DNA of 64,000 nucleotides from Eledone cirrhosa. Lineage: Eukaryota. Shown here piece after piece: positions 1 to 13,255 of this stretch. Both the position numbers and the translations under genes were made by a program. The first letter of the stretch is position 1, and each line of letters begins with the position of its first letter. The stretch spans positions 12,710,001 through 12,774,000 of the forward strand of contig OZ024759.1 of NCBI GenBank assembly GCA_964016885.1. Reading direction: 5' to 3'. The notes beneath the pieces were generated by a model, which did no database searches, was not told the origin of the DNA, and was given only the letters and a program-made list of their open reading frames with translations.

Positions 1-693
1 TTTGATATGTCTAAACCTTTATTCTCGACGAGAATGACGAAATAGTTTGTAACAATCAGCTTTTTTAATATTTAAATAAAATTAGTTATCTGTCGTCTAA
101 ATATCCCAGATACTTCGGAATGGCGAGGAAGAGAGCATGAGAGATTGTAAAGTAGGAAAACTAAATAAGTAATTTTAAACCTATTTTATTCTCAGTTGTA
201 TAAATAACATTACAAATTGCTCACAATTCTTTCAGACAAATATAAACACATATAAGAAATACAGTTAACCAATTAACCATTGCTAGGAACCTCACCAATA
301 TATGAGATTGAAAGCATGTCTTTGGTAAATATCTTCACTGGAAATTCTAACTAAAAACACCTCAAATATTATTTGGATTTTCATTTTAAAGGTAAATTGT
401 AAATATGGCTGTCTATTTTGTGTTTACACTTTAGTGGCTTGTGTGTGTGTAGTTGTTTGTGTATATGTAGTTGTCTGTATGTATGTGTGGCTACGTGTGT
501 GTGTGGCAATATGTATATGTATGCTTTCAGGATTTAAAGAAGAACCGAATAACAACGAAATGTGTGGTCACTCGATCTTATAAATGCTAGAAATAATAGC
601 CAAATCTTCTTCTAACCACTAATTAAGTCTTGTACTCCTATATAAACATCTATAGTTATATATTTTTTATTATTATTTTTCACTCGAAAATTC

Positions 694-701
694 CCGGAAG
701 T
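694..701 (+). promoter_or_regulatory. ETS-type motif CCGGAAGT in largely unique sequence
   Basis: Exact ETS consensus about 170 bp before the 23-bp array; no transcript evidence. Confidence 0.2.
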
Positions 702-868
702 TGTCTATTTTCAAACGAAAGACTCACTCCCAATATTTCACTTCCCTGGTTTACTTTAGAGATGTAGGAATTATAAACATTTCCCCCTCTCCCATCCACT
801 GCACACTCAATTAAATTAAAGCTCGCTACTTGTTGATTTTTCTTTACCCGGAATACACCAACCTGTTA

Positions 869-2120
869 CTTCCACCCTCTATAATATGGACTTTCTACCA
901 CTCTATAGTGTGGAGTTTCCACCCTCTATAATGTGGCGTTCCATCCTCTATAATGTGGAGTTTCCATCCTCTATAGTGTGGAGTTTCCACCCTCTATAAT
1001 GTAGAGTTTCCATCCTCTATAATGTGGAATTTCCATCCTCTATAGTGTGGGGTTTCCATCCTCTATAATATGGGGTTTCCATCCTCTATAATGTGGAGTT
1101 TCCATCCTCTATAATATGGGGTTTCCACTCTCTATAATGTGGAGTTACCACCCTCTATAATATGGGGTTTCCATCCTCTATAATGTGGAGTTTCCATCCT
1201 CTATAATATGGAGTTTCCACCCTCTATAATGTGGAGTTTCCATCCTCTATAATATGGGGTTTCCACCCTCTATAATATGGGGTTTCCATCCTCTATAGTG
1301 TGGGGTTTCCACCCTCTATAATATGGAGTTTCCACCCTCTATAATGTGGAGTTTCCATCCTCTATAATATGGGGTTTCCACCCTCTATAATATGGGGTTT
1401 CCATCCTCTATAGTGTGGAGTTTCCATCCTCTATAATATGGAGTTTCCACCCTCTATAATGTGGAGTTTCCATCCTCTATAATATGGAGTTTCCACCCTC
1501 TATAATATGGAGTTTCCATCCTCTATAATATGGAGTTTCCACCCTCTATAATGTGGAGTTTCCATCCTCTATAATGTGGAGTTTCCACCCTCTATAACAT
1601 GGGGTTTCCATCCTCTATAGTATGGGGTTTCCACCCTCTATAGTGTGGGGTTTCCACCCTCTATAATATGGAGTTTCCACCTTCTATAATGTAGAGTTTC
1701 CATCCTCTATAATGTGGAATTTCCACCCTCTATAATGTGGGGTTTCCACCCTCTATAGTGTGGAGTTTCCACCCTCTATAATATGGGGTTTCCATCCTCT
1801 ATAATGTAGAGTTTCCATCCTCTATAATGTGGAATTTCCACCCTCTATAATGTGGAATTTCCACCCTCTATAATGTGGAGTTTCCATCCTCTATAGTCTG
1901 GGGTTTCCATCCTCTATAATATGGAGTTTCCACCCTCTATAATGTGGAGTTCCCACCCTCTATAATGTGGAGTTTCCACCCTCTATAATATGGAGTTTCC
2001 ACCCTCTATAATGTGGAGTTTCCACCCTCTAAAATGTGGAGTTTCCACCCTCTATAATGTGGAGTTTCCACCCTCTATAATGTAGAGTTTCCATCCTCTA
2101 TAGTGTGGAGTTTCCACCCT
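869..2120. repeat. 23-bp minisatellite, about 54 units
   Basis: Unit TTTCCA(C/T)CCTCTATA(A/G)T(G/A)TGG(A/G)G; period 23 (961 to 984). Confidence 0.95.
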
Positions 2121-2367
2121 GAGTTTGGATCTAGCTGTTGAAACGGCAGGAGCTCAGCCGTCGGGTTCCTGAATTTTTTCATATTACCCACACTACTACT
2201 CCAAGTATCTAGTACTCTGGTGAGTAATGGTTTAACTGTTTTTTATCGCCTTCCTATATATATATTATACATCCAAGTGTCTCGCTATGAATATTTTCAT
2301 CTGTGACAATGTCAGCTATTTTTTCTTATATGTCCATAGTATAAACCACGCCATGTTAGTGCTACTG

Positions 2368-2413
<46 letters not shown>

Positions 2414-2849
2414 CAGTACCACTATCATTGTATATATTTAGGGGTTGTTCCATGGTGTTCCTGGTAAGAATCGGGCCAGATCGAACTTTGAGATGATCAA
2501 CCGCGAAACGCGCGTCACACCTCAATAAACGTAATGAAAACCTGACACTTCATCCATATTATTATTAATACACACACATATGTCTGGTATATTATAGTCA
2601 ACAATTGGTAAATTGACTAAGCACTGGAAAAATTTGAAAATACGTTGGCCTGGGAAGTGGGGTGAAGCGTGGTTCGAAATTTCTGCCCATCGCCAGGGGT
2701 ACTTTTCCCTTATTATTCTGAGTTCAAATACCGTCGAGGTTAGCTTTAACTTTCATCCTTACGGTGGTCGATAATATAAAGGTACTAGTAATGCACTAGG
2801 GTCGATTTAATCGCCCCCCCCCCCCCTAAAATTGTTGGCCTTGTGCTTA

Positions 2850-3056
2850 AATCAGAAACAATTATTCAACTATTACTTATAGTAAGCTGCATTGTGGCGT
2901 CTTCCCCCTATAAGCTAATAAATCAGAAACAATTATTCAACTATTATTTATTGTAAGCTGCATTGTGGCGTCTTCCCCTATAAGCTAATAAATCAGAAAC
3001 AATTATTCAACTATTATTTATAGTAAGCTGCATTGTGGCGTCTTCCCCTAAAAGCT
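2850..3056. repeat. Tandem triplication of about 70 bp starting at a SINE 3' end
   Basis: aaatcagaaacaattattcaactatt...gtggcgtcttcccctataagcta x3. Confidence 0.85.
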
Positions 3057-3359
3057 GACATATTTCATTGTTTTAATAATTCTCTCTAACCGTTTGGTCG
3101 GTGTTTGTTGTTGTTTGTTATTAATACAACTAATGTTTCCGGTTATAATTATGAGTTTAGTATTAGAAATATATTTCAAACTAGTTATTATTAATAATGC
3201 TAACAACACTAGTAGTTTATTAATATCGTCTTGTCTTTAGTAAACATAAACGTTAGTGTAACGCAGTATATTTTATATATTTTTAACTGGTCAGAGGATA
3301 TTGCGTATTACGTTTATAATTTGGGTGTGTAGGTGTGTGTGTATATATATGTGTATATT

Positions 3360-3392
<33 letters not shown>

Positions 3393-3715
3393 GCCTACAC
3401 ACACACGCACACACATATCATCACTATGGTATGTAATTACGTGATACTGTAGTGATGTTTGTGGTGGTGGTGATGATGATGATGATGGTGGTAGTGGTGG
3501 TGTTGGCGGCGATGGTGGAGGTGATGATATTAATGATGGTGTTGGTGGTGGTGATGATGTAAAATGGTTGCGACATTTTAAAGATTAGCTCTGTAGCTGT
3601 ATTAATATTAATAATATGTTACTATGATATTATTAGTTGTTCTAGAATGGTCGTAGTCAGTCAACACAAGCCGTTAATCTCCTCAACTCCTCCATTTTTA
3701 CTATAATAAATAAAT

Positions 3716-6700
3716 CTATATATTATAATAACTGTATGGTGTTCTGTCTGTCTGTCTGTCACATCAACACTAAGCTCTCTCTCTCCCTCTCACAAATATA
3801 TTCTCTATATTATAATAACTGTATGGTGTTCTGTCTGTCATATCAACACTAAGCTCTCTCACAAATATATTCTCTATATTATAATAACTGTATGGTGTTC
3901 TGTCTGTCTGTCACATCAACACTAAGCTCTCTCTCTCCCTCTCACAAATATATTCTCTATATTATAATAACTGTATGGTGTTCTGTCTGTCACATCAACA
4001 CTAAGCTCTCTCTCTCCCTCTCACGAATATATTCTCTATATTATAATAACTGTATGGTGTTCTGTCTGTCTGTCACATCAATACTAAGCTCTCTCTCTCT
4101 CTCACAAATATATTCTCTATATTATAATAATATAATAACTGTATGGTGTTCTGTCTGTCTGTCACATCAACACTAAGCTCTCTCTCTCACAAATATATTC
4201 TCTATATTATAATAACTGTATGGTGTTCTGTCTGTCTGTCACATCAACACTAAGCTCTCTCTCTCTCTCACAAATATATTCTCTATATTATAATAACTGT
4301 ATGGTGTTCTGTCTGTCTGTCACATCAACACTAAGCTCTCTCTCTCCCTCTCACAAATATATTCTCTATATTATAATAACTGTATGGTGTTCTGTCTGTC
4401 TGTCACATCAACACTAAGCTCTCTCTCTCTCACACAAATATATTCTCTATATTATAATAACTATATGGTGTTCTGTCTGTCTGTCACATCAACACTAAGC
4501 TCTCTCTCTCTCTCTCACAAATATATTCTCTATATTATAATAACTGTATGGTGTTCTGTCTGTCTGTCTGTCTGTCTGTCACATCAACACTAAGCTCTCT
4601 CTCTCCCTCTCACAAATATATTCTCTATATTATAATAACTATATGGTGTTCTGTCTGTCTGTCACATCAACACTAAGCTCTCTCTCTCTCTCTCACAAAT
4701 ATATTCTCTATATTATAATAACTGTATGGTGTTCTGTCTGTCTGTCACATCAACACTAAGCTCTCTCTCTCACAAATATATTCTCTATATTATAATAACT
4801 GTATGGTGTTCTGTCTGTCTGTCACATCAACACTAAGCTCTCTCTCTCTCACACAAATATATTCTCTATATTATAATAACTATATGGTGTTCTGTCTGTC
4901 TGTCACATCAACACTAAGCTCTCTCTCTCTCTCAAATATATTCTCTATATTATAATAACTGTATGGTGTTCTGTCTGTCTGTCACATCAACACTAAGCTC
5001 TCTCTCTCTCCCTCTCACAAATATATTCTCTATATTATAATAACTGTATGGTGTTCTGTCTGTCTGTCACATCAACACTAAGCTCTCTCTCTCACAAATA
5101 TATTCTCTATATTATAATAACTGTATGGTGTTCTGTCTGTCTGTCTGTCACATCAACACTAAGCTCTCTCTCTCTCACACAAATATATTCTCTATATTAT
5201 AATAACTATATCGTGTTCTGTCTGTCTGTCACATCAACACTAAGCTCTCTCTCTCTCACACAAATATATTCTCTATATTATAATAACTGTATGGTGTTCT
5301 GTCTGTCTGTAACATCAACACTAAGCTCTCTCTCTCCCTCTCACAAATATATTCTCTATATTATAATAACTGTATGGTGTTCTGTCTGTCCGTCACATCA
5401 ACACTAGGCTCTCTCTCTCTCACACAAATATATTCTCTATATTATAATAACTATATCGTGTTCTGTCTGTCTGTCACATCAACACTAAGCTCTCTCTCTC
5501 TCACACAAATATATTCTCTATATTATAATAACTGTATGGTGTTCTGTCTGTCTGTCACATCAACACTAAGCTCTCTCTCTCCCTCTCACAAATATATTCT
5601 CTATATTATAATAACTGTATGGTGTTCTGTCTGTCTGTCACATCAACACTAAGCTCTCTCTCTCTCTCACAAATATATTCTCTATATTATAATAACTATA
5701 TGGTGTTCTGTCTGTCTGTCACATCAACACTAAGCTCTCTCTCTCTCACACAAATATATTCTCTATATTATAATAACTGTATGGTGTTCTGTCTGTCTGT
5801 CACATCAACACTAAGCTCTCTCTCTCCCTCTCACAAATATATTCTCTATATTATAATAACTGTATGGTGTTCTGTCTGTCTGTCACATCAACACTAAGCT
5901 CTCTCTCTCTCTCAAATATATTCTCTATATTATAATAACTGTATGGTGTTCTGTCTGTCTGTCACATCAACACTAAGCTCTCTCTCTCACACAAATATAT
6001 TCTCTATATTATAATAACTGTATGGTGTTCTGTCTGTCTGTCACATCAACACTAAGCTCTCTCTCTCTCTCAAATATATTCTCTATATTATAATAACTGT
6101 ATGGTGTTCTGTCTGTCTGTCACATCAACACTAAGCTCTCTCTCTCTCTCATAAATATATTCTCTATATTATAATAACTGTATGATGTTCTGTCTGTCTG
6201 TCACATCAACACTAAGCTCTCTCTCTCCCTCTCACAAATATATTCTCTATATTATAATAACTGTATGGTGTTCTGTCTGTCTGTCACATCAACACTAAGC
6301 TCCGTCTCTCTCTCTCACAAATATATTCTCTATATTATAATAACTGTATGGTCTCTATATTATAATAACTGTATGGTGTTCTGTCTGTCTGTCACATCAA
6401 CACTAGGCTCTCTCTCTCACAAATATATTCTCTATATTATAATAACTGTATGGTGTTCTGTCTGTCTGTCTGTCTGTCTGTCACATCAACACTAAGCTCT
6501 CTCTCTCTCACAAATATATTCTCTATATTATAATAACTGTATGGTGTTCTGTCTGTCTGTCACATCAACACTAAGCTCTCTCTCTCTCTCTCTCACAAAT
6601 ATATTCTCTATATTATAATAACTGTATGGTGTTCTGTCTGTCTGTCACATCAACACTAAGCTCTCTCCCTCTCTCTCACAAATATATTCTCTATATTATA

Positions 6701-7125
6701 ATAACTGTATGGTGTTCTGTCTGTCTGTCACATCAACACGAAGCTCTCTCTCTCTCTCTCACAAATATATTCTCTATATTATAATAACTGTATGGTGTTC
6801 TGTCTGTCTGTCACATCAACACGAAGCTCTCTCTCTCTCTCTCACAAATATATTCTCTATATTATAATAACTGTATGGTGTTCTGTCTGTCTGTCACATC
6901 AACACTAAGCTCTCTCTCTCTCTCTCTCACAAATATATTCTCTATATTATAATAACTGTATGGTGTTCTGTCTGTCTGTCACATCAACACGAAGCTCTCT
7001 CTCTCTCTCTCACAAATATATTCTCTATATTATAATAACTGTATGGTGTTCTGTCTGTCTGTCACATCAACACTAAGCTCTCTCCCTCTCACAAATATAT
7101 TCTCTATATTATAATAATTGTATAG
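3716..7125. repeat. Satellite of about 80 bp with internal (CTGT)n and (CT)n, about 42 units
   Basis: Unit aaatatattctctatattataataactgtatggtgttctgtctgtctgtcacatcaacactaagctctctctctcac; length varies by microsatellite slippage. Confidence 0.95.
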
Positions 7126-7337
7126 TTTTCTGCCTCTCCTCACTTAAAAAAGCACAGGCACCGCTTGATATGTGACATTTTTTGCAATGCATGGTATTGC
7201 TGGCCATAGGCAAGTCCCTAGCAGGATTAAAAGGCCGCGTCCATGATGCTGATACTTAAGTATCAAGTGATGGCATTACTTGAAATCTAGTTCCAGCCAT
7301 CATATGTATATATATCTGCCTTTTGATGGCAAGTAAC

Positions 7338-9135
7338 GCTTTCATTACCATATTTCTAATGAAAGACACTGTCTATGTCATTAACCCTTTCATTACCATA
7401 TTTCTAATGAAAGACACTGTCTATGTCATTAACCCTTTCATTACCATATTTCTAATGAAAGACACTGTCTATGTCATTAACCCTTTCATTACCACATTTC
7501 TAATGAAAGACACTGTCTATGTCATTAACACTTTCATTACCATATTTCTAATGAAAGACACTGTCTATGTCATTAACCCTTTCATAACCATATCTCTAAG
7601 GAAAGACACTGTCTATGTCTTTAACCCTTTCATTACCATATTTCTAATGAAAGACACTGTCTATGTCATTAACCCTTTCATTACCATATTTCTAATGAAA
7701 GACACTGTCTATGTCATTAACCCTTTCATTACCACATTTCTAATGAAAGACACTGTCTATGTCATTAACACTTTCATTACCATATTTCTAATGAAAGACA
7801 CTGTCTATGTCATTAACCCTTGCATTACCATATTTCTAATGAAAGACACTGTCTATGTCATTAACCCTTCCATTACCATATTTCTAATGAAAGACACTGT
7901 CTATGTCATTAACCCTTTCATTACCATATTTCTAATGTAAGACACTGTCTATGTCATTAACCCTTTCATTGCCATATTTCTAATGAAAGACACTGTCTAT
8001 GTCATTAACCCTTTCATTCACATATTTCTAATGAAAGACACTGGCTATGTCATTGACCCTTTCATTACCATATTTCTAATGAAAGACACTGTCTATGTCT
8101 TTAACCCTTTCATTACCATATTTCTAATGAAAAACACTGTCTATGTCATTAACTCTTCCATTACCATATTTCTAATGAAAGACACTGTGTATGTCATTAA
8201 CCCTTTCATTAACATATTTCTAATGAAAGACACTGTGTATGTCATTAACCCTTTCATTAACATATTTCTAATGAAAGACACTGTCTATGTCATTAACCCT
8301 TTCATTACTATATTTCTAATGAAAGACACTGTTTATGTTTTTAACCTTTTCATTACCATATTTCTAATGAAAGACGCTGTCTATGTCATTAATCCTTTCA
8401 TTACCATAGTTCTAATGAAAGACACTGTCTATGTCTTTAATCCTTTCATTACCATATTTCTAATGAAAGACACTGTCTATGTCATTAACCCTTTCATTAC
8501 CATATTTCTAATGAAAGACACTGTCTATGTCTTTAACCCTTTCATTACTGTAGTTCTAATGAAAGACACTGTTTATGTCTTTAACCTTTTCATTACCGTA
8601 GTTCTAATGAAAGACACTGTCTATGTCTTTAATCCTTTCATTACCATATTTCTAATGAAAGACACTGTCTATGTCATTAACCCTTTCATTACCATATTTC
8701 TAATGAAAGACACTGTCTATGTCATTAACCCTTTCATTACCATATTTCTAATGAAAGACACTGTCTATGTCTTTAACCCTTTCATTACCGTAGTTCTAAT
8801 GAAAGACACTGTTTATGTCTTTAACCTTTTCATTACCATATTTCTAATGAAAGACACTGTCTATGTCATTAATCCTTTCATTACCGTAGTTCTAATGAAA
8901 GACACTGTCTATGTCATTAACCCTTTCATTCACATATTTCTAATGTAAGACACTGTCTATGTCATTAACCATTTCATTACCATATTTCTAATGTAAGACA
9001 CTGTCTATGTCATTAACCATTTCATTACCATATTTCTAATGAAAGACACTGTCTATGTCTTTAACCCTTTCATTACCATATTTCTAATGAAAGACACTGT
9101 CTATGTCTTTAACCCTTTCATTACCATATTTCTAA
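7338..9135. repeat. 48-bp satellite, array 1 (about 37 units)
   Basis: Unit ttaaccctttcattaccatatttctaatgaaagacactgtctatgtca. Confidence 0.95.
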
Positions 9136-9221
9136 TAATCAAAAATTTGTAGGGATTTAAGTAATATAATTTCAGTCTTTATTTTTATCTGGTGTTTGGA
9201 ACATAACTTAACGCTTTCATT

Positions 9222-9654
9222 ATACTACTCCCTCCACCACCACCACTACTATCACCACCACTACTCCCTCCATCACCACTACTGCTACTACCACCACCAC
9301 CACTACTGCTACTAGCACCACCACTACTGCTACTACCACCACCACTACTGCTACTACCACCACCACTACTGCTACTACTACCAACCACCACTACTACTAC
9401 CTCCACCATCAATACTACCACCACTGTAGTCACCACCACCATTACTATCACAACCAATAATACCACTATTACTACTCCCACCACCACTACTCCCACCACC
9501 ATCTGTACTACCAATAATTATTATTTCTCGAAAGTAACACGCAATGGTAAAAATATTGATGTTTATTTCTAAGATAGGCGTAGTAGTGGTAGTAGTGGTG
9601 ATTGAGGTGGAGGTAGTAGTAGTAGTGGTGGTGGTGGTGGTGGTGGTGGTGGCG

Positions 9655-9686
<32 letters not shown>

Positions 9687-10002
9687 GGTAGTAGTAGTAG
9701 TGGTGGTGGTGGTAGTGGTGGTAGTTGTAGTAGTGGTGGTTGTAGTAGTGGTGGTAGTAGTAGTTGTAGTAGTTGTAGTAGTGGTGGTGGTGGTGGTAGT
9801 AGTGGTGGTGATAGTAGTGTTGGTAGTAGTGGTGGAGGTAGTAGTAGTAGTGGTGGTGGTGGTAGTAGTGGTAGTAGTGGTGATTGTGGTGGAGGTAGTA
9901 GTAGTGGTGGTGGTGGTGGTAGTAGTGGTAGTAGTGGTGATTGTGGTGGAGGTAGTAGTAGTAGTGGTGGTGGTGGCGGTAGTAGTAGTGGTGGCGGTGG
10001 CG

Positions 10003-10037
<35 letters not shown>

Positions 10038-10120
10038 GGTGGTGGTAGTAGTGGTAGTTGTAGTAGTGGTGGTAGTTGTAGTAGTGGTGGTGGTAGTAGT
10101 GTTGGTGGTAGTAGTAGTGA
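9222..10120. repeat. Opposed trinucleotide tracts (CAC/TAC)n and (GTG/GTA)n
   Basis: 9222-9510 and 9580-10120, mutually complementary. Confidence 0.9.
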
Positions 10121-10413
10121 GATGAGAATACCAACATTAAGAAGTAAATTAATCGTAACTTTGTTAGTATTCTCTTCAATATTTATTTTGGCAGATTTCC
10201 TCCATAAACACTCCTTGCTACTTCAGGACTCCTCTCTCATACCTACCATTCTTTACACATGGTCAATGTGGTAAATACACAGATACAGTGGTCTTCAACC
10301 TCTTCTATACCATGGACCAGCTTCCATGGACCGATAGTTGTACATATGCGCTATTTATGTGCATTTCGATAAAGAGAGCAATTTATTAAAGTAGATGAAT
10401 ATTGAATATTCAA

Positions 10414-11019
10414 CCCTTTAGCATTTACATGCGACGGCTGGAGAGAAATGAGGCAAGCATGCTCCGTTGGATGTGCAGTGTAAATGTGCGTGAACGACCC
10501 AGCATAAATGTGTTGAGAGAGAAACTGTCTGAGAGGGATAGAATGTAGTGTACGGGAGAGGAGACTGAGGTGGTATGGACATGTGATGCGCATGGAGGAT
10601 GACCGATGGGTGAAGAAGTGCCAGGAAATGCCAGTTGAGGGAAGACGTGGTAGAGGTAGACCACGAAAAACATGGGCGGAGGTGGTGAGAACAGACCTCA
10701 GATCATTGAAGCTCACGGTGGAGATAACGAGGGACCGTGACGAGTGGAGAGATGCTGTGCTGAATAAGACCCGTCCCACCCTTGCAAGCAGGGAAAAGCG
10801 GACGTAAAATGATGATGATGATGATGATTACTCTATATATACTATTATATTTTCACAGTAGACACTTTACCTCACATGATATCGAATCTATGAAATTTTG
10901 ATGTTATTTATTTTAAGAACAATACCTTAACATCAGTATGAGTGGCCAATTGTGGTCAGTTTGAGCAGAAAGAGGTGAGAGAATTCTGGCCGGATGCAGC
11001 TGGTTTAAATGCTAAAAGG
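10414..11019 (+). mobile_element. piggyBac-type MITE interrupted by an RTE LINE fragment
   Basis: CCCTTTAGCATTTA...TAAATGCTAAAAGG-TTAA; body resumes at 10829 after the LINE tail. Confidence 0.8.
10431..10828 (+). mobile_element. 5'-truncated RTE-clade LINE
   Basis: RRLERNEASMLRWMCSV...RLRWYGHVMRMEDDRWVKKC...GRRGRGRPRKTW; (GAT)n tail. Confidence 0.9.
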
Positions 11020-11330
11020 TTAAACATCTTTTTAAATTAAAGTCCAATATTCAATTTATCTGTTATATAATTTTAAACAAGTTAATTATTTCTTTGTGGC
11101 CTGGTAGCAAATGATCCACAGACTGGTACTGGTCCACGCCCAGTGGTTGGGGATTTCTGCACTAATACACTGTCTAGTAATGGGAGTGGTGGGGTGGCCA
11201 GTTGACCCTGGGGCATTGGTCAGCTCCTTTGGAGTCTCTGCTATATAAGTCTCTATTGACTATTGAAATAAAAGGAGTTTTATTGAGGCCATTACTCAGG
11301 ATTTAAGGACATTAAATTTCACATCATTAA

Positions 11331-11530
11331 CCCTTTAGCATTTACATTACTATTATATTTTCATGGTAAAGGCTTTATCTCAAATAATATGGAATCTATG
11401 AGATTTTGATGTTGATATTATTTATTTTGAGAACAATACCTTAACATCAGTATGAGTTGCTAGTTACAGCCGGTTTGAACAGAAAGAGGTGAGAGAATTC
11501 TGGTCAGATATGACTGGTTTAAATAAAGGG
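11331..11530 (+). mobile_element. piggyBac-type MITE
   Basis: TTAA-CCCTTTAGCATTTAC...TAAAGGG; same body as the other copies. Confidence 0.8.
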
Positions 11531-11549
11531 TTATAGATGTGTTAGCTTA

Positions 11550-11790
11550 TCTAATTAAGACCTCGACATCACATCTAATTAAGACTTTGTTAGTAATGTG
11601 ATATCACATCTAATTAAGACCTCGTTAGGTGTGGTAGCTTATCTAATTAAGACATCATTAGTAGGTGAGATATCACATCTAATTAAGACCTCATTAGTTG
11701 GTGTGATATCACATCTAATTAAGACCTCATTAGTAGGTGTGATATCACATCTAATTAAGACCTTATTAGGTCTAATAAAGATCTCATTAA
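11550..11790. repeat. 42-bp tandem repeat
   Basis: gatatcacatctaattaagacctcattagtaggtgt-type unit, about 5 copies. Confidence 0.8.
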
Positions 11791-12043
11791 ACAGGACTCC
11801 TTTGGGTGTTTTTCCCCATAAAACCAGACCCTGTTTTCGCCTGGTTATTGTCAAAAGAGTTAATATATGTGTCATCTTACATTTGTTTTTGTTGTCTCTG
11901 GTAGATGTTACCTGTTGTTTCACCACCACTGCTTAATGTGTGTCAAGGTGTGTTACAACTGGTAGGTATGTTCCTTCCAGATGTTACAAAAACCCTTTTC
12001 CTTACCATTACATCTGGTGGGTGTGTTTCTTCCAGTTGTTACA

Positions 12044-12610
12044 TAAACCCTTCCATTACCATATTTCTAATGAAAGACACTGTCTATGTCATTAACCCTT
12101 CCATTACCATATTTCTAATGAAAGACACTGTCTCTGTCATTAACCCTTTTATTACCATATTTCTTAATGAGAGGCACTATGTCATTAACCCTTTTATTAC
12201 CATATTTCTTAATGAGAGGCACTATGTCATTAACCCTTTCATTACCATATTTCTAATGAAACACACTGTCTATGCCATTAACCCTTCCATTACCATATTT
12301 TTAATGAAAGACACTGTCTATGTCATTAACCCTTTCATTACCATATATCTAATGAAAGACACTGTCTATGTCATTAACCCATTCCTTACCATATTTCTAA
12401 TGAAAGACACTGTCTATGTCATTAACCCATTCCTTACCATATTTCTAATGAAAGACACTGTCTATGTCATTAACCCATTCCTTACCATATTTCTAATGAA
12501 AGACACTGTCTATGTCATTAACCCATTCATTACCATATTTCTAATGAAAGACACTGTCTATGTCATTAACCCATTCCTTACTATATTTCTAATGAAAGAC
12601 ACTGTTTATG
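12044..12610. repeat. 48-bp satellite, array 2 (about 12 units)
   Basis: Same unit as 7338-9135, with its own variants. Confidence 0.93.
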
Positions 12611-12924
12611 GTTTACAAATAATTTTGAAAATAATCAAGAATTTGGAAGGATTTAGTAATATAACCAACTTTCTCATTAAGCTGCTGTTTGGAACATGAC
12701 TTCAGAAAAGTTCTTACATAAAATTATGATATTTTTATTTTTTATTTTTAGATAAATATATGTATAGCCCCATAGATCCTGATGGAATTGTAGGGGTGTC
12801 GTAAGGGCATATGGCGTTTTTGGGGGGTATTTTAAGCCTGGTGGAGCCCACCCCTCTCCAACTCTGAACACAGCAGATTTCTTCCAGAGAAGAATAGAAA
12901 GTAAAAAAGAGATATAGAGGAAGA

Positions 12925-13075
12925 ATGAACCCAGTACTAGACTGGTACTTTTTTTATTGACCTCAAATGGATGAAAGGCAAAGTTGACCTCGGCAGAATT
13001 TGAACTCAATGTACAAAGAACTGAAACAAATACCACAAAGTATTTTATCTGACAATTCCACCAATTCACTGCCTT
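12925..13075 (-). mobile_element. SINE family 2 fragment
   Basis: Reverse complement of gagttcaaattctgccgaggtcaactttgcctttcatcc...aaagtaccagt. Confidence 0.75.
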
Positions 13076-13255
13076 TTTAGATATAGATAAACACTTTAAA
13101 TGAAATAGTTGTTGTATAATAGAAGCAGAGGAGTTTGGAACATAACTTAAGAAAGGTTTTCTTTTCAAATAATTTTATGATAGAGGCAGGGGTTTTGGGA
13201 ACATAAGAAGGGTAAACTCTCCAAATATCCATCGCTCTCTGATAGGTTTGCAGTG

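Larger units (their letters stand above)
10286..11159. mobile_element. Old hAT (Charlie-like) non-autonomous element carrying nested insertions
   Basis: TIR CAGTGGTCTTCAACC...GGTTGGGGATTTCTG; degenerate 8-bp TSD CACAGATA/CACTAATA. Confidence 0.6.

Noticed and set aside
120-140. ATGGCG as the TOLLIP start
   Set aside because: In-frame TGA after six codons and no donor site
2472-2520. Hammerhead-like GAAACGCGCGTC (related sequence at 24481-24530; similar at 2120-2170 and 26060-26110)
   Set aside because: No recognisable CUGANGA core; probably decayed repeat tails, not callable
7323-8948. 205-aa and 321-aa MKDTVYVINPFITIFL repeat ORFs (also 11905-12699)
   Set aside because: Consequence of a 48-bp unit; in-frame TAA variants interrupt it
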